From Podarcis bocagei (lineage: Eukaryota): a stretch of DNA of 64,000 nucleotides. Positions 63,202 to 64,000 of this stretch are shown here, piece by piece. Under the pieces are notes generated by a model. That model was given only the letters and a program-made list of their open reading frames with translations, did not search any database and was not told where the DNA came from. The stretch is from assembly GCA_964188305.1 (NCBI GenBank), contig OZ076896.1. The stretch is one strand, 5' to 3'. The position numbers were made by a program, and so were the translations under genes. The number at the start of each line of letters is the position of its first letter. The stretch's first letter is position 1.

Positions 63202-64000
63202 CTTTGAAGAAAGACAAAAGATTTTACACTTTGATGTAGCTCATTAACTGAACTTCATAACTTATTTCTCAGTCACAAAAGGTAAATGAAACCATTAAAA
63301 GTTTCAAAAAAAACAAAGCAAAAACATTTTAAAAGCTGCTGTGAGTTAGCCATCACATCAGTAAAACCCAGTCCATGGTTTACCATTTATCTATCTCATG
63401 TTAAAACCTTCAGTTTTCCCAAGTCCATTCCGCTAACAGACAGCAAGTATTGGATGCCACCCTGCATTAGCAAATATATGCGGTTTTACATTTCCTAAAG
63501 AACGTGGCATATAGACTTCACTCAGGCAGTTCTTCTTCAAATCACCTTCCAGATTAATCTTGATTGCATTAAAAAAAATGGAGGGGTGCTTTTCTAAAAG
63601 GTGCTTTACTATTGTAGACAAGAAGGAGGCCCTGAAACAAAATGCTGTGATAGATCTAACACTTTAGCAGGAGCACTCTTGTTAAGAATTCTAGCCTCTC
63701 CTCTCCCCTTGGATACCTTAAGCTGTTAAGAGGCTCAAACAAGCCAATCTACTCTCCCTCCACCGTTCTTTTCCAACTGACACCAGTAACTCTTGGTGAA
63801 GAATGAACATGCTCAGTCATTGGGCTGTGTTGGGAAGGGTTAATGCTTTCAAATTTCTTATTACTTTATTATTTATTAAATTTGTATACCACCCCCTTCA
63901 CCCAAAGATTACAGAGTGGTTCACAACAGAAACATACAAAAAAAGAGAGAACATAATATACTAAATAAATAAATAAATAAATAAATACACCAGAATTAGA

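Overview
Eukaryotic genomic DNA from a squamate reptile, probably a lacertid lizard (inferred from Sauria SINEs, BovB fragments and tRNA-headed/CR1-tailed SINEs). Two spliced genes lie on the minus strand. The 3' half of SNX2 has nine exons from 63201 down to the stop at 47142; one of them is almost entirely hidden in an N gap and one ends in a GC donor. About 6.8 kb further on is the start of SNX24: CpG-island promoter and exon 1 at 40246-40305, a 39.1-kb intron 1, and exon 2 at 1028-1111. The rest is intronic or intergenic and dense in TA-flanked Tc1/mariner-superfamily MITEs, hAT MITEs, SINEs and LINE fragments. A decayed SNRPF retrocopy sits between the two genes. The most unusual structure is a 1.5-kb Tigger/pogo-like element (2662-4163) carrying about 16 tandem ~60-bp GC-rich units, each a near-perfect palindrome closed by a C-GAA-G loop. 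It is not a CRISPR array and the six long ORFs over it are artefacts. Repeat-family names and exon numbers come from recalled consensus sequences and the human orthologues, not from a database search.
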